Below, piece after piece: positions 7,633-17,551 of a stretch of DNA of 64,000 bases. The notes beneath the pieces are model-generated. The model was not told the origin of the DNA. It made no database searches and worked only from the letters and a program-made list of their open reading frames with translations. Position numbers and translations under genes: made by a program. Position 1 is the stretch's first letter; each line of letters begins with the position of its first letter. The DNA is from a virus, in IMG/VR virus record IMGVR_UViG_3300032315_001401, positions 64,001 through 128,000 of that record; one strand, given 5' to 3'.

Positions 7633-9359
7633 CAGTCTTGTGCTTGTGAGGACATCATACGGGAAAAACCCTTGACCTTTTCGAACCTTATGACACTTTC
7701 GAATTTGTCATGAAGGTCTGCCTTATGAGAAATCACGAAAATATTAGCATCCTTAATGACATAACGAATAATCTTAAGAAACTCATCAGTTCCAAATCCA
7801 TCAAGTGAAGAATCAAATACCTCATCCATAATCAGCAGATTAGTATTGACGGAATTTTTGACTCGTGCCACTTCCCTCCAAGTGAAGAGAAGGGCAAGGT
7901 CGATTCTCATTTTTTCACCCTCACTGAAGGAACTATAAGAAAAGTCTTCGTGAATGGGTGACTTTACAGTTTCGTTAAACTCTTCATCAAGATGGAAGTT
8001 AATATAAAAATCCATCATCTGAAGATAACGATTCACCTGCTGATTGATGAAAGGAAGATACTTTTTGATAATCTTCGTCTTTACACCATCATCCTTAAGT
8101 AAGGAATAGGCAAAATCGTAATAAACGATTTCTTCTTTTTTCTTTGAAAGGTCTTCGAATGTTTTTTGGAGATTGGTTTGAAATTCTTCTAACTTCTCAT
8201 GTTCAGTATTTCTGTTTGCAAGGTTTTGGGTAATAGTTTGAATTTCAGATTCAAGGTCTCGAATTTGTCTCTGGTTGAGTGAAATCCGAGTATTGTTTTG
8301 AGAAATCTCATGGTTGAGTTTCGTAATCTCCTTTGATAGAACTGTGAATTGACGCTCTCTGTCTTGTTCTAACTTTATAGTCTCCTCAAGTTCCTGAAAA
8401 CCTTTCTGGAGTTCTTTTGCTTTATTTTGAGCGTCTGCAATTCTATTTAATCGAAACTCTTCCTCAATTGTTTGTGTGCAAGTAGGGCATACCGTATTCT
8501 CTGTAAAAAACTTATGCTCTTGAGTAATTGTAGATACTTTTTGTGAGAGTTTGCCCTTAAGATTATTCAATTTTAATAATTTATCTCCAGCACCAATCAA
8601 TTCTTCTTGCAATTTAGTTTTGTCAACAAGTGAAGATTCTACGGTAGAAATATGAGTCATATAATCACCAATTTCAGAATCTAAACTGGCAATCTTTTCT
8701 TTGTTGGAGTTTATATTGGCATTACCACGATTCTCAAGTTCTTCGATGAAACTTTGTTGCATTTTCATCTTGTCCTTAAGAGTTTCTTTCTTAAGTTCAA
8801 GAGATTTAATCTGGTCCTTCTTTTCGCGAATTTTATCTTTAATGAGAGAGTTCATCGCAGAAAAAATACGAATATCTAGAAGGTCTTCAATTACTTCACG
8901 ACGATGTGATGTTGCCAATTGCATAAAAGGCACAAAAGTGCTGCTACCCAAAATTACAATTTGAGTGAAACTCCGGTAATTTAATTTAAGAATATTTTCT
9001 TCTAGAATTCTTTGATTTGCACGGTCATCCGCTTCCTTATGAAGAGAAACGCCATTCACTTCAATATCAAAAATATTTGGTTTGATTCCACGACGAACCA
9101 AATAATCACGATTATTAATTGAAAACTCAATTTCAACTAAACAATCCTTTTCATTGGTTGTATTAACCAGTTGAGGTTTATTAATCCGTCGAAATGGTTT
9201 ATTAAAAAGAACAAATGTAAGTGCGTCCAACACAGTGGATTTGCCTGCACCATTCGTTCCAACAATTAAATTTGTATTGTTTTTCTCAAAGTCAATTTCT
9301 GAAAACTGATTGCCAGTTGAAAGAAAATTGCGCCATCTAATCTTGTGAAATACTAACAT
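7632..9359 (-). CDS. gp46: Recombination endonuclease subunit (Rad50/SbcC-like)
   Basis: Walker A GTNGAGKST, CPTCTQ zinc hook, SFSEGEKMRIDLAL signature, Walker B LLIMDEVFD. Confidence 0.97.
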   Translation of the reverse strand: MLVFHKIRWRNFLSTGNQFSEIDFEKNNTNLIVGTNGAGKSTVLDALTFVLFNKPFRRINKPQLVNTTNEKDCLVEIEFSINNRDYLVRRGIKPNIFDIEVNGVSLHKEADDRANQRILEENILKLNYRSFTQIVILGSSTFVPFMQLATSHRREVIEDLLDIRIFSAMNSLIKDKIREKKDQIKSLELKKETLKDKMKMQQSFIEELENRGNANINSNKEKIASLDSEIGDYMTHISTVESSLVDKTKLQEELIGAGDKLLKLNNLKGKLSQKVSTITQEHKFFTENTVCPTCTQTIEEEFRLNRIADAQNKAKELQKGFQELEETIKLEQDRERQFTVLSKEITKLNHEISQNNTRISLNQRQIRDLESEIQTITQNLANRNTEHEKLEEFQTNLQKTFEDLSKKKEEIVYYDFAYSLLKDDGVKTKIIKKYLPFINQQVNRYLQMMDFYINFHLDEEFNETVKSPIHEDFSYSSFSEGEKMRIDLALLFTWREVARVKNSVNTNLLIMDEVFDSSLDGFGTDEFLKIIRYVIKDANIFVISHKADLHDKFESVIRFEKVKGFSRMMSSQAQD

Positions 9360-9612
9360 TTTTGGGGGGGATTACAATATCGTCAGGAGTGACTACGGCA
9401 TACTTGTAATTATAGCGTTTGCAGGTCATTATGGCAAGGTCGTCATCAACCTCTACAACATCCATTACAGTCTTTTCTTGGTCTTCTAACATCATTGCAT
9501 AACGAGTAGCATCGTCCTCTTCCTCAAAGAGAAATAAGACTTTTTCACCATATCGATTTTGAACCGCATATGCTCCGTCGTCTTTTCTGTTTTTGAGTGT
9601 AAGAAGAAACAT
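9337..9612 (-). CDS. Conserved hypothetical protein between gp47 and gp46
   Basis: MFLLTLKNRKDDGAYAV...; start placed at 9612 by TAATG coupling to the gp47 stop. Confidence 0.7.
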   Translation of the reverse strand: MFLLTLKNRKDDGAYAVQNRYGEKVLFLFEEEDDATRYAMMLEDQEKTVMDVVEVDDDLAIMTCKRYNYKYAVVTPDDIVIPPKNVSISQD

Positions 9613-10652
9613 TATTCTACTTCGCAAGCTTGCTGATAAAGATCTTGAAAAATACCTTTAATAATAGTCTTATCGAACTCAAACTCCGATTCTTCAATGT
9701 AACGATTTAGAATTGTCAGAGTATTTTCATCTTCACTGATTTCAAACTCTTCATTCTCTTGAATCTCAAAGTTTTCAATAATCTTAAGTTCTTGAATACC
9801 GACTGTATAAAGTTTATCAATAAACTTCTCAAAATCTTTTGGTTTAGATTTTTTACGAACAATTACTTTCACAATTTTATTCATATACTCTGTAGCATCA
9901 AACATTTGATATGGAGTATCCTCATAATAAATGTTATAGAATAATTTATAAGGATTATTGATTGGAGTATGCTCTAGAGTTTCTGTATCAAAAATGTGAA
10001 ACCCGCGAGTGTCATTCACATCATTCCAATACATCTCATAAGTATTACCCAGATAAAAGATTTTTCCATTGTCAGAGCGAGTATGGTAATGTCCAGAAAA
10101 TACTTTCTGAAACTTATCAAAAATCTTTGGATCAGTTCCATGGTCTTCCATTACAAGATTTCGATTCACACTAAAACCTTGAAGTTCCAAATGACCCATC
10201 GCAATCTTTGCTTTGGACTTTTTGATTTGCATTAGTGTCTCATCATAGTTTTCACTACAAATCCAAGGCACCATCATAATGTCTAAACCACCAACTTTTA
10301 CTGTCTGTGGCGAACTATAGGTTTTAATATTGGAGTAATCCTTAAGTAGTAATTCCGGAGCATTAATTTCTGTGGAATTACGAAGGAATATATCATGATT
10401 ACCCACAATCATATGAGTTTCATATTTTGAAAGTGGGTCTAGCACCACTCTACGAGTCCAATCAAGTCCCCAAAAATCAATACTCTTACGATTATCAAAA
10501 GCATCGCCCATATGAATCACTGTTGTAATTCCTTCTTTTTCTAAAGTAGGAAAAAACACATTCCTATAAAAGAGTTCAAAATAATCATGAAGATATCTGG
10601 ACGATTTTCTTGCCGACCAGTGAGTGTCCGTTAAAACTGCGATACGAGTCAT
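9612..10652 (-). CDS. gp47: Recombination endonuclease subunit (Mre11/SbcD-like)
   Basis: Phosphoesterase motifs TDTHW, HMGDAFD, VGNHD, MGHLE and SGHYH. Confidence 0.97.
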   Translation of the reverse strand: MTRIAVLTDTHWSARKSSRYLHDYFELFYRNVFFPTLEKEGITTVIHMGDAFDNRKSIDFWGLDWTRRVVLDPLSKYETHMIVGNHDIFLRNSTEINAPELLLKDYSNIKTYSSPQTVKVGGLDIMMVPWICSENYDETLMQIKKSKAKIAMGHLELQGFSVNRNLVMEDHGTDPKIFDKFQKVFSGHYHTRSDNGKIFYLGNTYEMYWNDVNDTRGFHIFDTETLEHTPINNPYKLFYNIYYEDTPYQMFDATEYMNKIVKVIVRKKSKPKDFEKFIDKLYTVGIQELKIIENFEIQENEEFEISEDENTLTILNRYIEESEFEFDKTIIKGIFQDLYQQACEVE

Positions 10653-11125
10653 CGATTGCTACGATACTGGATGTTGTCTTTCATACTATTATAGTCGGAA
10701 TTGTTCCCAGAAAGCAAGTTGTCATCAATCATCATAACCTCATCATAACCAGTGCGTTCGATAATTTTGGTTTTGATTTCTAATTGTTTCTTTTCTTTTT
10801 GAATTCTTCTCAAAAAAGCATAGTGAATGATTTGAGTAAAATATGCGAAAGGATTTTGAGATTTTTCTGGATTAAAATTATGAATATATTGAACACAATT
10901 TTCTATGCCATCAGAAATCATATCATCCCGAAACATATAATTCACAAAATTTGGTTTGTATGAGAGGTGTGTTGCAATCTTAAGAAAACACTCTCCCAAA
11001 TAATTAGAGATACGGGGTTTGGGAAGACCTTGTTCCTTTGCTGCAGCAACCTTTGTCCTATAAACAATCAATGCTTCAAGTAACTCTTTGTTATTCACAT
11101 AATGTTCTGATTTCTTTTTTGGCAT
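10649..11125 (-). CDS. gp55: Sigma factor for late transcription
   Basis: HYVNNKE...YKPNFVNYMFRDDMISDGIENC...NPFAYFTQIIHYAFLRRIQKEKKQ. Confidence 0.96.
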   Translation of the reverse strand: MPKKKSEHYVNNKELLEALIVYRTKVAAAKEQGLPKPRISNYLGECFLKIATHLSYKPNFVNYMFRDDMISDGIENCVQYIHNFNPEKSQNPFAYFTQIIHYAFLRRIQKEKKQLEIKTKIIERTGYDEVMMIDDNLLSGNNSDYNSMKDNIQYRSNR

Positions 11126-11163
11126 AATTTAAAACCATTTCCGTTTCGGTATAAGTTGAATTA

Positions 11164-11193
11164 ATTATACCACATAAAGCAAGGGCTTGACAA
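11164..11193 (-). promoter_or_regulatory. Sigma70-type promoter for gp55
   Basis: Minus strand TTGTCA-N18-TATAAT with a TGn extension, about 40 nt upstream of the ATG. Confidence 0.6.
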
Positions 11194-11215
11194 GTATCAA
11201 AAATGTGTGTAGACT
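11187..11215 (+). promoter_or_regulatory. Sigma70-type promoter pointing antisense to the upstream late genes
   Basis: TTGACA (11187-11192), 17-nt spacer, TAGACT (11210-11215); no credible plus-strand CDS follows. Confidence 0.55.
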
Positions 11216-11241
11216 AGGTTTGTCTCCATTGAAGATAAGTT

Positions 11242-11658
11242 TTAGCTTTCTTTATTATCTTTAAGGTCTTTGAGAAAAATATCTTCGAGTGACTTACGAG
11301 AATCCTCTACTGACCCCAGATATCCCATTTTATCTGATATTGAAACTTTACCGTTAGATTCAATTTCAATATCACTATCATCTTCAAGATATCGATGATA
11401 AAAATCAATCGTAGATTGATTTTTGATTTCAGTCATTGTAACGACTTTATCAAACTTAATCAAAAATAAATCATCATCTGGTATTTCCATCCAAGGTTTT
11501 ATCTTCATATAAGTGCCATCATTATTTGTGAAGACTTTCATAATCACAGGGTTTTGAAGAATAACGATAGGATCTCCATCATTCTCATCAACGGAAATGA
11601 GAGAGAAGATTTCTTCACCAGTGATTAATTTGATTGCTGCGTAAAACTCTTCTCCCAT
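11242..11658 (-). CDS. Conserved hypothetical protein (cyanophage-type, downstream of uvsW)
   Basis: 138 aa, FYAAIKLITGEEIFS...NPVIM...KPWM; conserved position in this module. Confidence 0.7.
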   Translation of the reverse strand: MGEEFYAAIKLITGEEIFSLISVDENDGDPIVILQNPVIMKVFTNNDGTYMKIKPWMEIPDDDLFLIKFDKVVTMTEIKNQSTIDFYHRYLEDDSDIEIESNGKVSISDKMGYLGSVEDSRKSLEDIFLKDLKDNKES

Positions 11659-13121
11659 CAGTTTTTAAAAGGTATATTTACAATATCGTAATTGAAGTTT
11701 TCTTCATTATAAATTTTAATACGTTCAATAAGATGATTTAAAGTATAATTTTTTCTAGACTTGTAACTAATATCGTCAGCAATATCGTATAAAGTTGCTT
11801 TTGTTTTATTGTTTCCTTTTCTTAAGACTCTTCCGATTGATTGGAGGTTTCTGATTCTTGATTTACTAGGGGAAGCAAAGATAACATTATGTAGATTTCT
11901 GATGTTAACACCAGTAGAAAAAGTCCCGTAAGAAGCAACGATGATTGCATTATTTTCCTTTTCAGTAATTTCTCTTACCTTTTCACGATTTTCAGTATCC
12001 ACTCCACCATGAACGAAAAATACATGACGATTGTCAGTGGTGCTATTATTTATGAGATCGTATAAAGGTTGCCCATGACCTTCTACTCTGGAAAAAAGTA
12101 TCAAAGTATTTCCCTTAAGGTCAAGGGCAAGGTTTTTGATAAACTTATTTCTCTTTTCGTGATTGATAATATACTGAACTTCTTCTTCGAAGTTTTCAAA
12201 TTTATTTGGTGAATGTTTCAAGAGAAGAATATTAATATCAAGTGTTGCTACATGACCCTTCTTCATTAATTCATCTGTTTTGATGATTTTATATGAAGGA
12301 CCAAAGAGTCCTTCTAATACCCACTTATGAGTTTGTGAACCATCAAGTGTGCCCGTAAATCCAAAACGATATTTTGCATCGAAAAGTTTTGTCATTATAG
12401 ATACTAATGACTTGGATTTAAAATTATGTGCTTCATCACCAACTACCACATTAAATCTTGAAAAATATTGTTTGGGTAGTTTGTAAATTGATTGCCAAGT
12501 TGTAATAATTACTTGAGAGTCTGTCTCTCTTTCCTTTCCGGCGTAGATTTTGTGGCAAAATGACCCCACATCCCATCCATAATCTGCAAAATCTTTATAC
12601 ATCTGCTCTACAAGGGATGTCGTTGGAACGACTATCAGAATATTTTGTTCTTTCTCAACGTAATATCTCACAATCGAATATATCATCAACGACTTTCCAG
12701 AAGCAGTTGGAGATATCAGCAATTTTCGATTATGTCTTAAAGCGTCGTATACTCCCTCAACTTGATAATCGCGGGGAGCATACTTGCAAATAGAAGTCAT
12801 ATAATCCTTTACACCTTCTTTCGAAATCATCTCATTGACTTCAAAAGGAAGACCATAATACTTATTATCTCTAAACTCATAAGTATAACTGTGCTGCTCA
12901 CAAAATCTTATAAGTTTATCTAATAGACCTACGTAAATTTCTTGAGTATTGATATTAAACAGATAGATATGACCATCCCACCACTTATTCTTATAAGCGG
13001 GCGCAAACTTTGCATTTGGCACTTCAAACTGAAATGCATCTTTTAATTCATAATAGATATGAGGTTCTGCTTCTACATGCAGATAAACCTCATTCTTTTT
13101 TGAAATAATCAAATTTGACAT
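11658..13121 (-). CDS. uvsW: SF2 RNA-DNA/DNA-DNA helicase UvsW
   Basis: SPTASGKS, GDEAH, FTGTLD, QSIGRVLR. Confidence 0.96.
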   Translation of the reverse strand: MSNLIISKKNEVYLHVEAEPHIYYELKDAFQFEVPNAKFAPAYKNKWWDGHIYLFNINTQEIYVGLLDKLIRFCEQHSYTYEFRDNKYYGLPFEVNEMISKEGVKDYMTSICKYAPRDYQVEGVYDALRHNRKLLISPTASGKSLMIYSIVRYYVEKEQNILIVVPTTSLVEQMYKDFADYGWDVGSFCHKIYAGKERETDSQVIITTWQSIYKLPKQYFSRFNVVVGDEAHNFKSKSLVSIMTKLFDAKYRFGFTGTLDGSQTHKWVLEGLFGPSYKIIKTDELMKKGHVATLDINILLLKHSPNKFENFEEEVQYIINHEKRNKFIKNLALDLKGNTLILFSRVEGHGQPLYDLINNSTTDNRHVFFVHGGVDTENREKVREITEKENNAIIVASYGTFSTGVNIRNLHNVIFASPSKSRIRNLQSIGRVLRKGNNKTKATLYDIADDISYKSRKNYTLNHLIERIKIYNEENFNYDIVNIPFKN

Positions 13122-13153
13122 TCATAACATATCAGTTATGAATATTTATTTGG

Positions 13154-13585
13154 TTAGTTAAACCCCGATTGGAATCGATGCCATTCGATGCTATTCTTGA
13201 TTTGATACGTGCGATTAGAAACTGTTTTAATAATCTCTTCCAAGAACTTTAACATAATGTCATAGTATCTGATTTTAAGTTCTACTTTATTCAGTCTCTC
13301 ATCAGCGTCCATATGCCTCTGTAACGCTTCTTTGTCTCTAACTTTATACGGAAATGGTTCTTCTATATAAACCTCTGCAGGTGCCTTTCCCGTGTAATAG
13401 TTGTATCGTTCAAGTTTAACTCTATTAAAAGTTTCTCTTGCTTTCTCGCGAAGGAGAGTAATTGTATTGTAGATGGTATAATATTTGGAATGGAGTTGGG
13501 GAATTTTTAAAGATTCATCGTGCAAATTATCAGGATCAATGACAGCATCTCTCTGCCACATTTCCTGAATTTCATCAAGTGTCAT
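13154..13585 (-). CDS. uvsY: Recombination mediator UvsY
   Basis: IDPDNLHDESLKIPQLHSKY...RTYQIKNSIEW.RF.SG. Confidence 0.92.
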   Translation of the reverse strand: MTLDEIQEMWQRDAVIDPDNLHDESLKIPQLHSKYYTIYNTITLLREKARETFNRVKLERYNYYTGKAPAEVYIEEPFPYKVRDKEALQRHMDADERLNKVELKIRYYDIMLKFLEEIIKTVSNRTYQIKNSIEWHRFQSGFN

Positions 13586-14127
13586 AGAGGTTGTCCAGTT
13601 TCGCTCAAGATATTGTAGATAGTATACTTGAAAGATACCTCTGCTGTAAAGTACTGGATGTCGGTTTGTGTGGAGTCAAATTCCAACGATGTCAAAGAGA
13701 CTGGAAATAAATCTTTAAATTTTACGATTGAGTTTGTATTATAATTGCTATCTAAAATATAGAGACTTCCATCACTAAATGCTCTTTTAGAATCTTGCAA
13801 TCCATCATCACTTGTAATTAATTCTTTATATTGCCCTGTGGTTTCCGGAAATCCCAATCCAGTTAACCAATTGTGGACAACCATATAATTCATCATATCT
13901 TCATCGACTAAAAACCTTAAAGATAAGTCGCCGTATTGAAGTTTACCACCTGGAACATCAATATCTTTAAGATATGATGGTTGCTGAACTAATGAAAGTG
14001 TAATTTCTGGTATTCTTGCCGAATTGCAAAAGAAACTTACCTTTGGTTCTTTTGCAAGAGTAAAATTAAAACCAACTGGTGAAAGAAAGTTTCGGTTTTG
14101 TATCTGATTTTGATAAGCAGACGCCAT
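13582..14127 (-). CDS. gp3: Tail completion / tail tube terminator protein
   Basis: NRNFLSPVGF...IPEITL...YGDLSLRFLVDE...FPVSL..LEFD; position after gp23; TCTAAATA late-promoter variant at 14141-14148. Confidence 0.85.
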   Translation of the reverse strand: MASAYQNQIQNRNFLSPVGFNFTLAKEPKVSFFCNSARIPEITLSLVQQPSYLKDIDVPGGKLQYGDLSLRFLVDEDMMNYMVVHNWLTGLGFPETTGQYKELITSDDGLQDSKRAFSDGSLYILDSNYNTNSIVKFKDLFPVSLTSLEFDSTQTDIQYFTAEVSFKYTIYNILSETGQPL

Positions 14128-14149
14128 AATGTTTTATTGATATTTAGAT

Positions 14150-14178
14150 AAAAAAAGAGGGTCCCGAAGGACCCTCTT
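14150..14178 (-). terminator. Intrinsic terminator after the major capsid gene
   Basis: Perfect stem AAGAGGGTCC-TTCG-GGACCCTCTT (cUUCGg tetraloop) followed by a T-run. Confidence 0.9.
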
Positions 14179-14197
14179 GGAAGAGTTGTGAAATGAA

Positions 14198-15610
14198 TCA
14201 CATAAGGTTAGCAACCTTAACTCTTCTGTAGTAGGTGTTTGCATTGGTGGTAAGAGCACCAGCGCCAGCGGCGAGACCCTCTGCGAATGGGTTTGCAACC
14301 ATTCCGTAACGGGTCTTAAAGCCGATTTTAGGCTGGAAGGTATTCTCGCCAACTGCACGAACCATCTGGAGAGGAACGTATGGGCAATAGAAGAGACCAG
14401 CGTCATATGGGCTAGAACCCTTATAACCGACAACGTAGAACTGGTTAGCAGAAACGTTTGCCGAATATGGGTCAATGTAGACGCGATACTTACCTTGAAG
14501 AACTCCAGCAAAAGTATTGCCGGTGTCATCAACGTTGAGGTTTGCGTTGAGTGCAGGGGTGTAATCGAGAACACCTGCCATTGCAAGTGCTGAAGCAACG
14601 TCAGCGGAGCAAAGGATGGTGTTACCCTTTCCTCTACGAGTTTGCTGTGCGATTGCGTTAGCATCACGCTCGATCTGGAAGATCAGACCCTTGAACTTCT
14701 CAACCGACCAACGACCGTTTGAGTCAACGTCAAGGTCAAAAGTACCAGCAGTAGCGGTATTGACTTGAGCACCAGGCTTTGCAATCTTGTAGATGGTTCT
14801 GATAACTTCGCGGTTGATTTCAGCAAGAATCTCAGTTGAGAGAATGTTTGCTAATTCCGCTTCAGCATTCAGACCGTGGATTGCCTTAAGGTCTTGAGCA
14901 AGCTCAAGTGAGTACTCAGCTTTCAGAGCGCGTGACTTTGCAGTTACGGTGACTTTCTCGATTGAGAATGCCATCTGGTTGAACTGATCAGATTCGCCAA
15001 GCGATTCTGCATAATCAGTTCTCATTCCCTGACCAACGTTATATTGGTTGGCACCAACACCAGCATTTGCCTGTTGGGCAGTTGATGAATTGGTTGGATC
15101 GAGAAGTGAAGGGTTGCGATTGGTATCCTGGGCAGTAGTACCCATACCAACGGTGCCGTCAGACCATCCGAGGGTATTGTTGAATCCGCTGTCCTGACCA
15201 GAGAATGCTGAATCGACTTCGTTGTAGAAAGTCTCATTACCAGTCTGGCTGGTATAACGTGAGCGCATTGCGAAGATAAGTCCAGTAGGACCATTCATTG
15301 GTTGAACGCCACAGAGATCGTAAGCGATCAGGTTAGGCATTGAACGTCTGATGAGTGAAATCAGAACTGGGTCAAAACCTTGCATGGCGCCAGTTGTTGC
15401 GCCACCCAAGCCAGGATTTGTGCCAGAAGCAGTGCTATTGGTTGGTGCTTCGTAAAGAAACTCACGCTCTTCGCGAATTGTTCTTTCTTGATTTTCGAGC
15501 AGGATTGCGGTTACAGCTCTACGATGTGAATCTTTGATAGGATCAAGACCTTCGTAGTCTAACAGTGGGGACCACTTCTCCTGCAATTGCTCCGTATTGA
15601 ACATTTGCAT
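14198..15610 (-). CDS. gp23: Major capsid protein
   Basis: GVQPMNGPTGLIFAMRSRY, FSIEKVTVTAKSRALKAEYSLELAQDLKAIHGL, FYCPYVPLQM, QPKIGFKTRYG. Confidence 0.99.
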   Translation of the reverse strand: MQMFNTEQLQEKWSPLLDYEGLDPIKDSHRRAVTAILLENQERTIREEREFLYEAPTNSTASGTNPGLGGATTGAMQGFDPVLISLIRRSMPNLIAYDLCGVQPMNGPTGLIFAMRSRYTSQTGNETFYNEVDSAFSGQDSGFNNTLGWSDGTVGMGTTAQDTNRNPSLLDPTNSSTAQQANAGVGANQYNVGQGMRTDYAESLGESDQFNQMAFSIEKVTVTAKSRALKAEYSLELAQDLKAIHGLNAEAELANILSTEILAEINREVIRTIYKIAKPGAQVNTATAGTFDLDVDSNGRWSVEKFKGLIFQIERDANAIAQQTRRGKGNTILCSADVASALAMAGVLDYTPALNANLNVDDTGNTFAGVLQGKYRVYIDPYSANVSANQFYVVGYKGSSPYDAGLFYCPYVPLQMVRAVGENTFQPKIGFKTRYGMVANPFAEGLAAGAGALTTNANTYYRRVKVANLM

Positions 15611-15658
15611 TTGTTTTTACCTCTTAAAGTTTTAGTTTGATTGTTTATTATTTAAAAA

Positions 15659-16858
15659 TCACTTTTTAGAAACTCTTTGAAGAGTCTGAAGATATGCACT
15701 CATAGTACCACTTACTGATTGGATATTCATATCAGTTTCTTCAGACAAGTTTTCACTAGTGTTTCTCTGAGTACCAGCATTAGATGGGAAATATGATTCC
15801 CTTAAAGTTACCAGTTTCTCACGATAGTTGTCTTCACTATCAAACTCAACATTTTCGGCAAGAGAAGCGAGTTTGTCCTTCTGAGAAAGTGCAAGACCCT
15901 CAGCGACATCTGCAAAGATTACATCAGCAACCGACTCTGCTAATCTTCTATTAAGAGCAATATTTCTTTCAATTTGCTCGTTGAGTTTTCCTTCCATTTC
16001 ATCAAGTTTATCTACCATGCTCTCGATGACATCATATCTATCTTCAGGGATTGTTACATAATGATCTTCAAAAAGACTCTTCATTCCTTGAATGAATGAT
16101 TCAGTCATTTCGGTCTTAAGACCGTGCTCAACTGCGAGTGCATTTTCTTGAATCCACTCGTCAGCAACATATTCAAGGTAAGCATCAACACGGTCAGTAA
16201 GACCTTCTTTGATTGCTTCGATTTCTTCTACGAGTGCTTGCTCATAGGAAACTTGAAGCGATTCTTTAATTTCATCAACTTTAGTCTTAATTGCTGCCTC
16301 AAAGATGATTCTTGCCTTCTCTTGGAATTCCTCAGAAAGATCCTCACCAGCAAGGAGAGCATTGACATCTTCTTCAATGTCAAACTCCTCTTTCATTTCT
16401 TCTTCCTCTTCGTCTTCGTCTTCTTCTTCATCTTCTTCTTTAGTTTTCTTAGAGGATTTTTTCTTACCGCCTTCCTCTTCCTCTTCTTCTTTAGCAGCCT
16501 CAGCGACTACTTCCTCTTCATCAACTTCGTCTTCATCGACAAGATCCTCATCCTCTTCCGTCTCTTCCTTCATACCTTGTCCAGGTGCAGCAACAGATGT
16601 TGCTGAGGAATGAGGTGCTTCTGCAGCAGCAGCCTTAGCATTTACTACATTCTTTACCTGAGCAAGTGTTTTGCCGGGAGTATTGAGTTTTGCTGAATCG
16701 TCATCTGAGCGATAATTTTCGGGAGTAGGACCACCTAAGTCTTCCCAACTTCCAGTTTGGCCAGGAGTTACTGCATCAATATTGTGCATTGGTTCGGCAG
16801 GTGCAGCCCCTTTGGTTACTACGTTTTCCATTTCTTGTAAATTTCTACCAACGGACAT
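15659..16858 (-). CDS. gp22: Prohead core scaffolding protein
   Basis: Acidic coiled-coil; LSEEFQEKARIIFEAA, VDAYLEYVADEWIQEN; lies between gp21 and gp23. Confidence 0.93.
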   Translation of the reverse strand: MSVGRNLQEMENVVTKGAAPAEPMHNIDAVTPGQTGSWEDLGGPTPENYRSDDDSAKLNTPGKTLAQVKNVVNAKAAAAEAPHSSATSVAAPGQGMKEETEEDEDLVDEDEVDEEEVVAEAAKEEEEEEGGKKKSSKKTKEEDEEEDEDEEEEEMKEEFDIEEDVNALLAGEDLSEEFQEKARIIFEAAIKTKVDEIKESLQVSYEQALVEEIEAIKEGLTDRVDAYLEYVADEWIQENALAVEHGLKTEMTESFIQGMKSLFEDHYVTIPEDRYDVIESMVDKLDEMEGKLNEQIERNIALNRRLAESVADVIFADVAEGLALSQKDKLASLAENVEFDSEDNYREKLVTLRESYFPSNAGTQRNTSENLSEETDMNIQSVSGTMSAYLQTLQRVSKK

Positions 16859-16886
16859 TTTGTTTGATTGTGTTATAATCTATATT

Positions 16887-16894
16887 TATTTATA
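16887..16894 (-). promoter_or_regulatory. T4-type late promoter for gp22-gp23
   Basis: TATAAATA, overlapped by a second AATAAATA at 16883-16890. Confidence 0.8.
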
Positions 16895-16896
16895 AT

Positions 16897-17547
16897 TTAA
16901 AGATTTGAAAGAAATTCGTTAAACAGGTTTAACTTATGTTCTTCCAATACTCTTTGATCAACTAAAGTATTAATTCTGCGGTTTGTTTTTTCAACTAGTT
17001 GTTCTGTAAGCTCACCATTAACAAAAACCCACTCTTTACCTTCCATAATTCCCTGAACAAAAGCATCAGGTGCAGAAGGATCGGCAACGATATCAGCCGC
17101 AGTTGCAAGCATAAAATCTTCGCCAACAATTTTATGACCCTCATTGGTCATCTTTAATGAACCAACACCACGAGAAGAAACACCGAGACAAACACCTTCA
17201 CCAATAAGAGATTTTGCAATCTTACCCATTGGAGTTTCTAGGAGTTGTGCTTTACCAATAAAATTGCTTCCCTTTTGTTCAAGAGAAATAATTTTATGAG
17301 AAACTCGATCAAGGTTGACAGTTGGACCATCGGGGTGACCAAGTTCTCCAAGAGCACGACCTTTACAAATAAATGCTTCATTATAACGATTAACCTCTTT
17401 CATCAAAGTTTGCATGGGATACATTCTCCCATTGCGATTACAAATGTCTCCTTGAAGGAAAATACCTTCAATAAACATTTTTTTATTGGCACCTTTACCT
17501 TCGGTGATAAATTCTACTTTTTGAATTTCTTCTGTGATGAGTTTCAT
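16897..17547 (-). CDS. gp21: Prohead maturation protease
   Basis: NRNGRMYP, ALGELGHP (catalytic His), GVSSRGVGS (catalytic Ser), DIVADPSAPDAFV. Confidence 0.97.
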   Translation of the reverse strand: MKLITEEIQKVEFITEGKGANKKMFIEGIFLQGDICNRNGRMYPMQTLMKEVNRYNEAFICKGRALGELGHPDGPTVNLDRVSHKIISLEQKGSNFIGKAQLLETPMGKIAKSLIGEGVCLGVSSRGVGSLKMTNEGHKIVGEDFMLATAADIVADPSAPDAFVQGIMEGKEWVFVNGELTEQLVEKTNRRINTLVDQRVLEEHKLNLFNEFLSNL

Positions 17548-17551
17548 GGTT

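Noticed and set aside
14134-15294. Alternate-frame ORFs overlapping gp23 (14134-14667, 15022-15294)
   Set aside because: Typical by-products of strong codon bias in the capsid gene; no independent start signals.
16380-16570. (TCT/TCA)n simple repeats and the poly-Ser ORF 16305-16613
   Set aside because: Reverse complement of the Glu/Asp-rich linker of scaffolding protein gp22.
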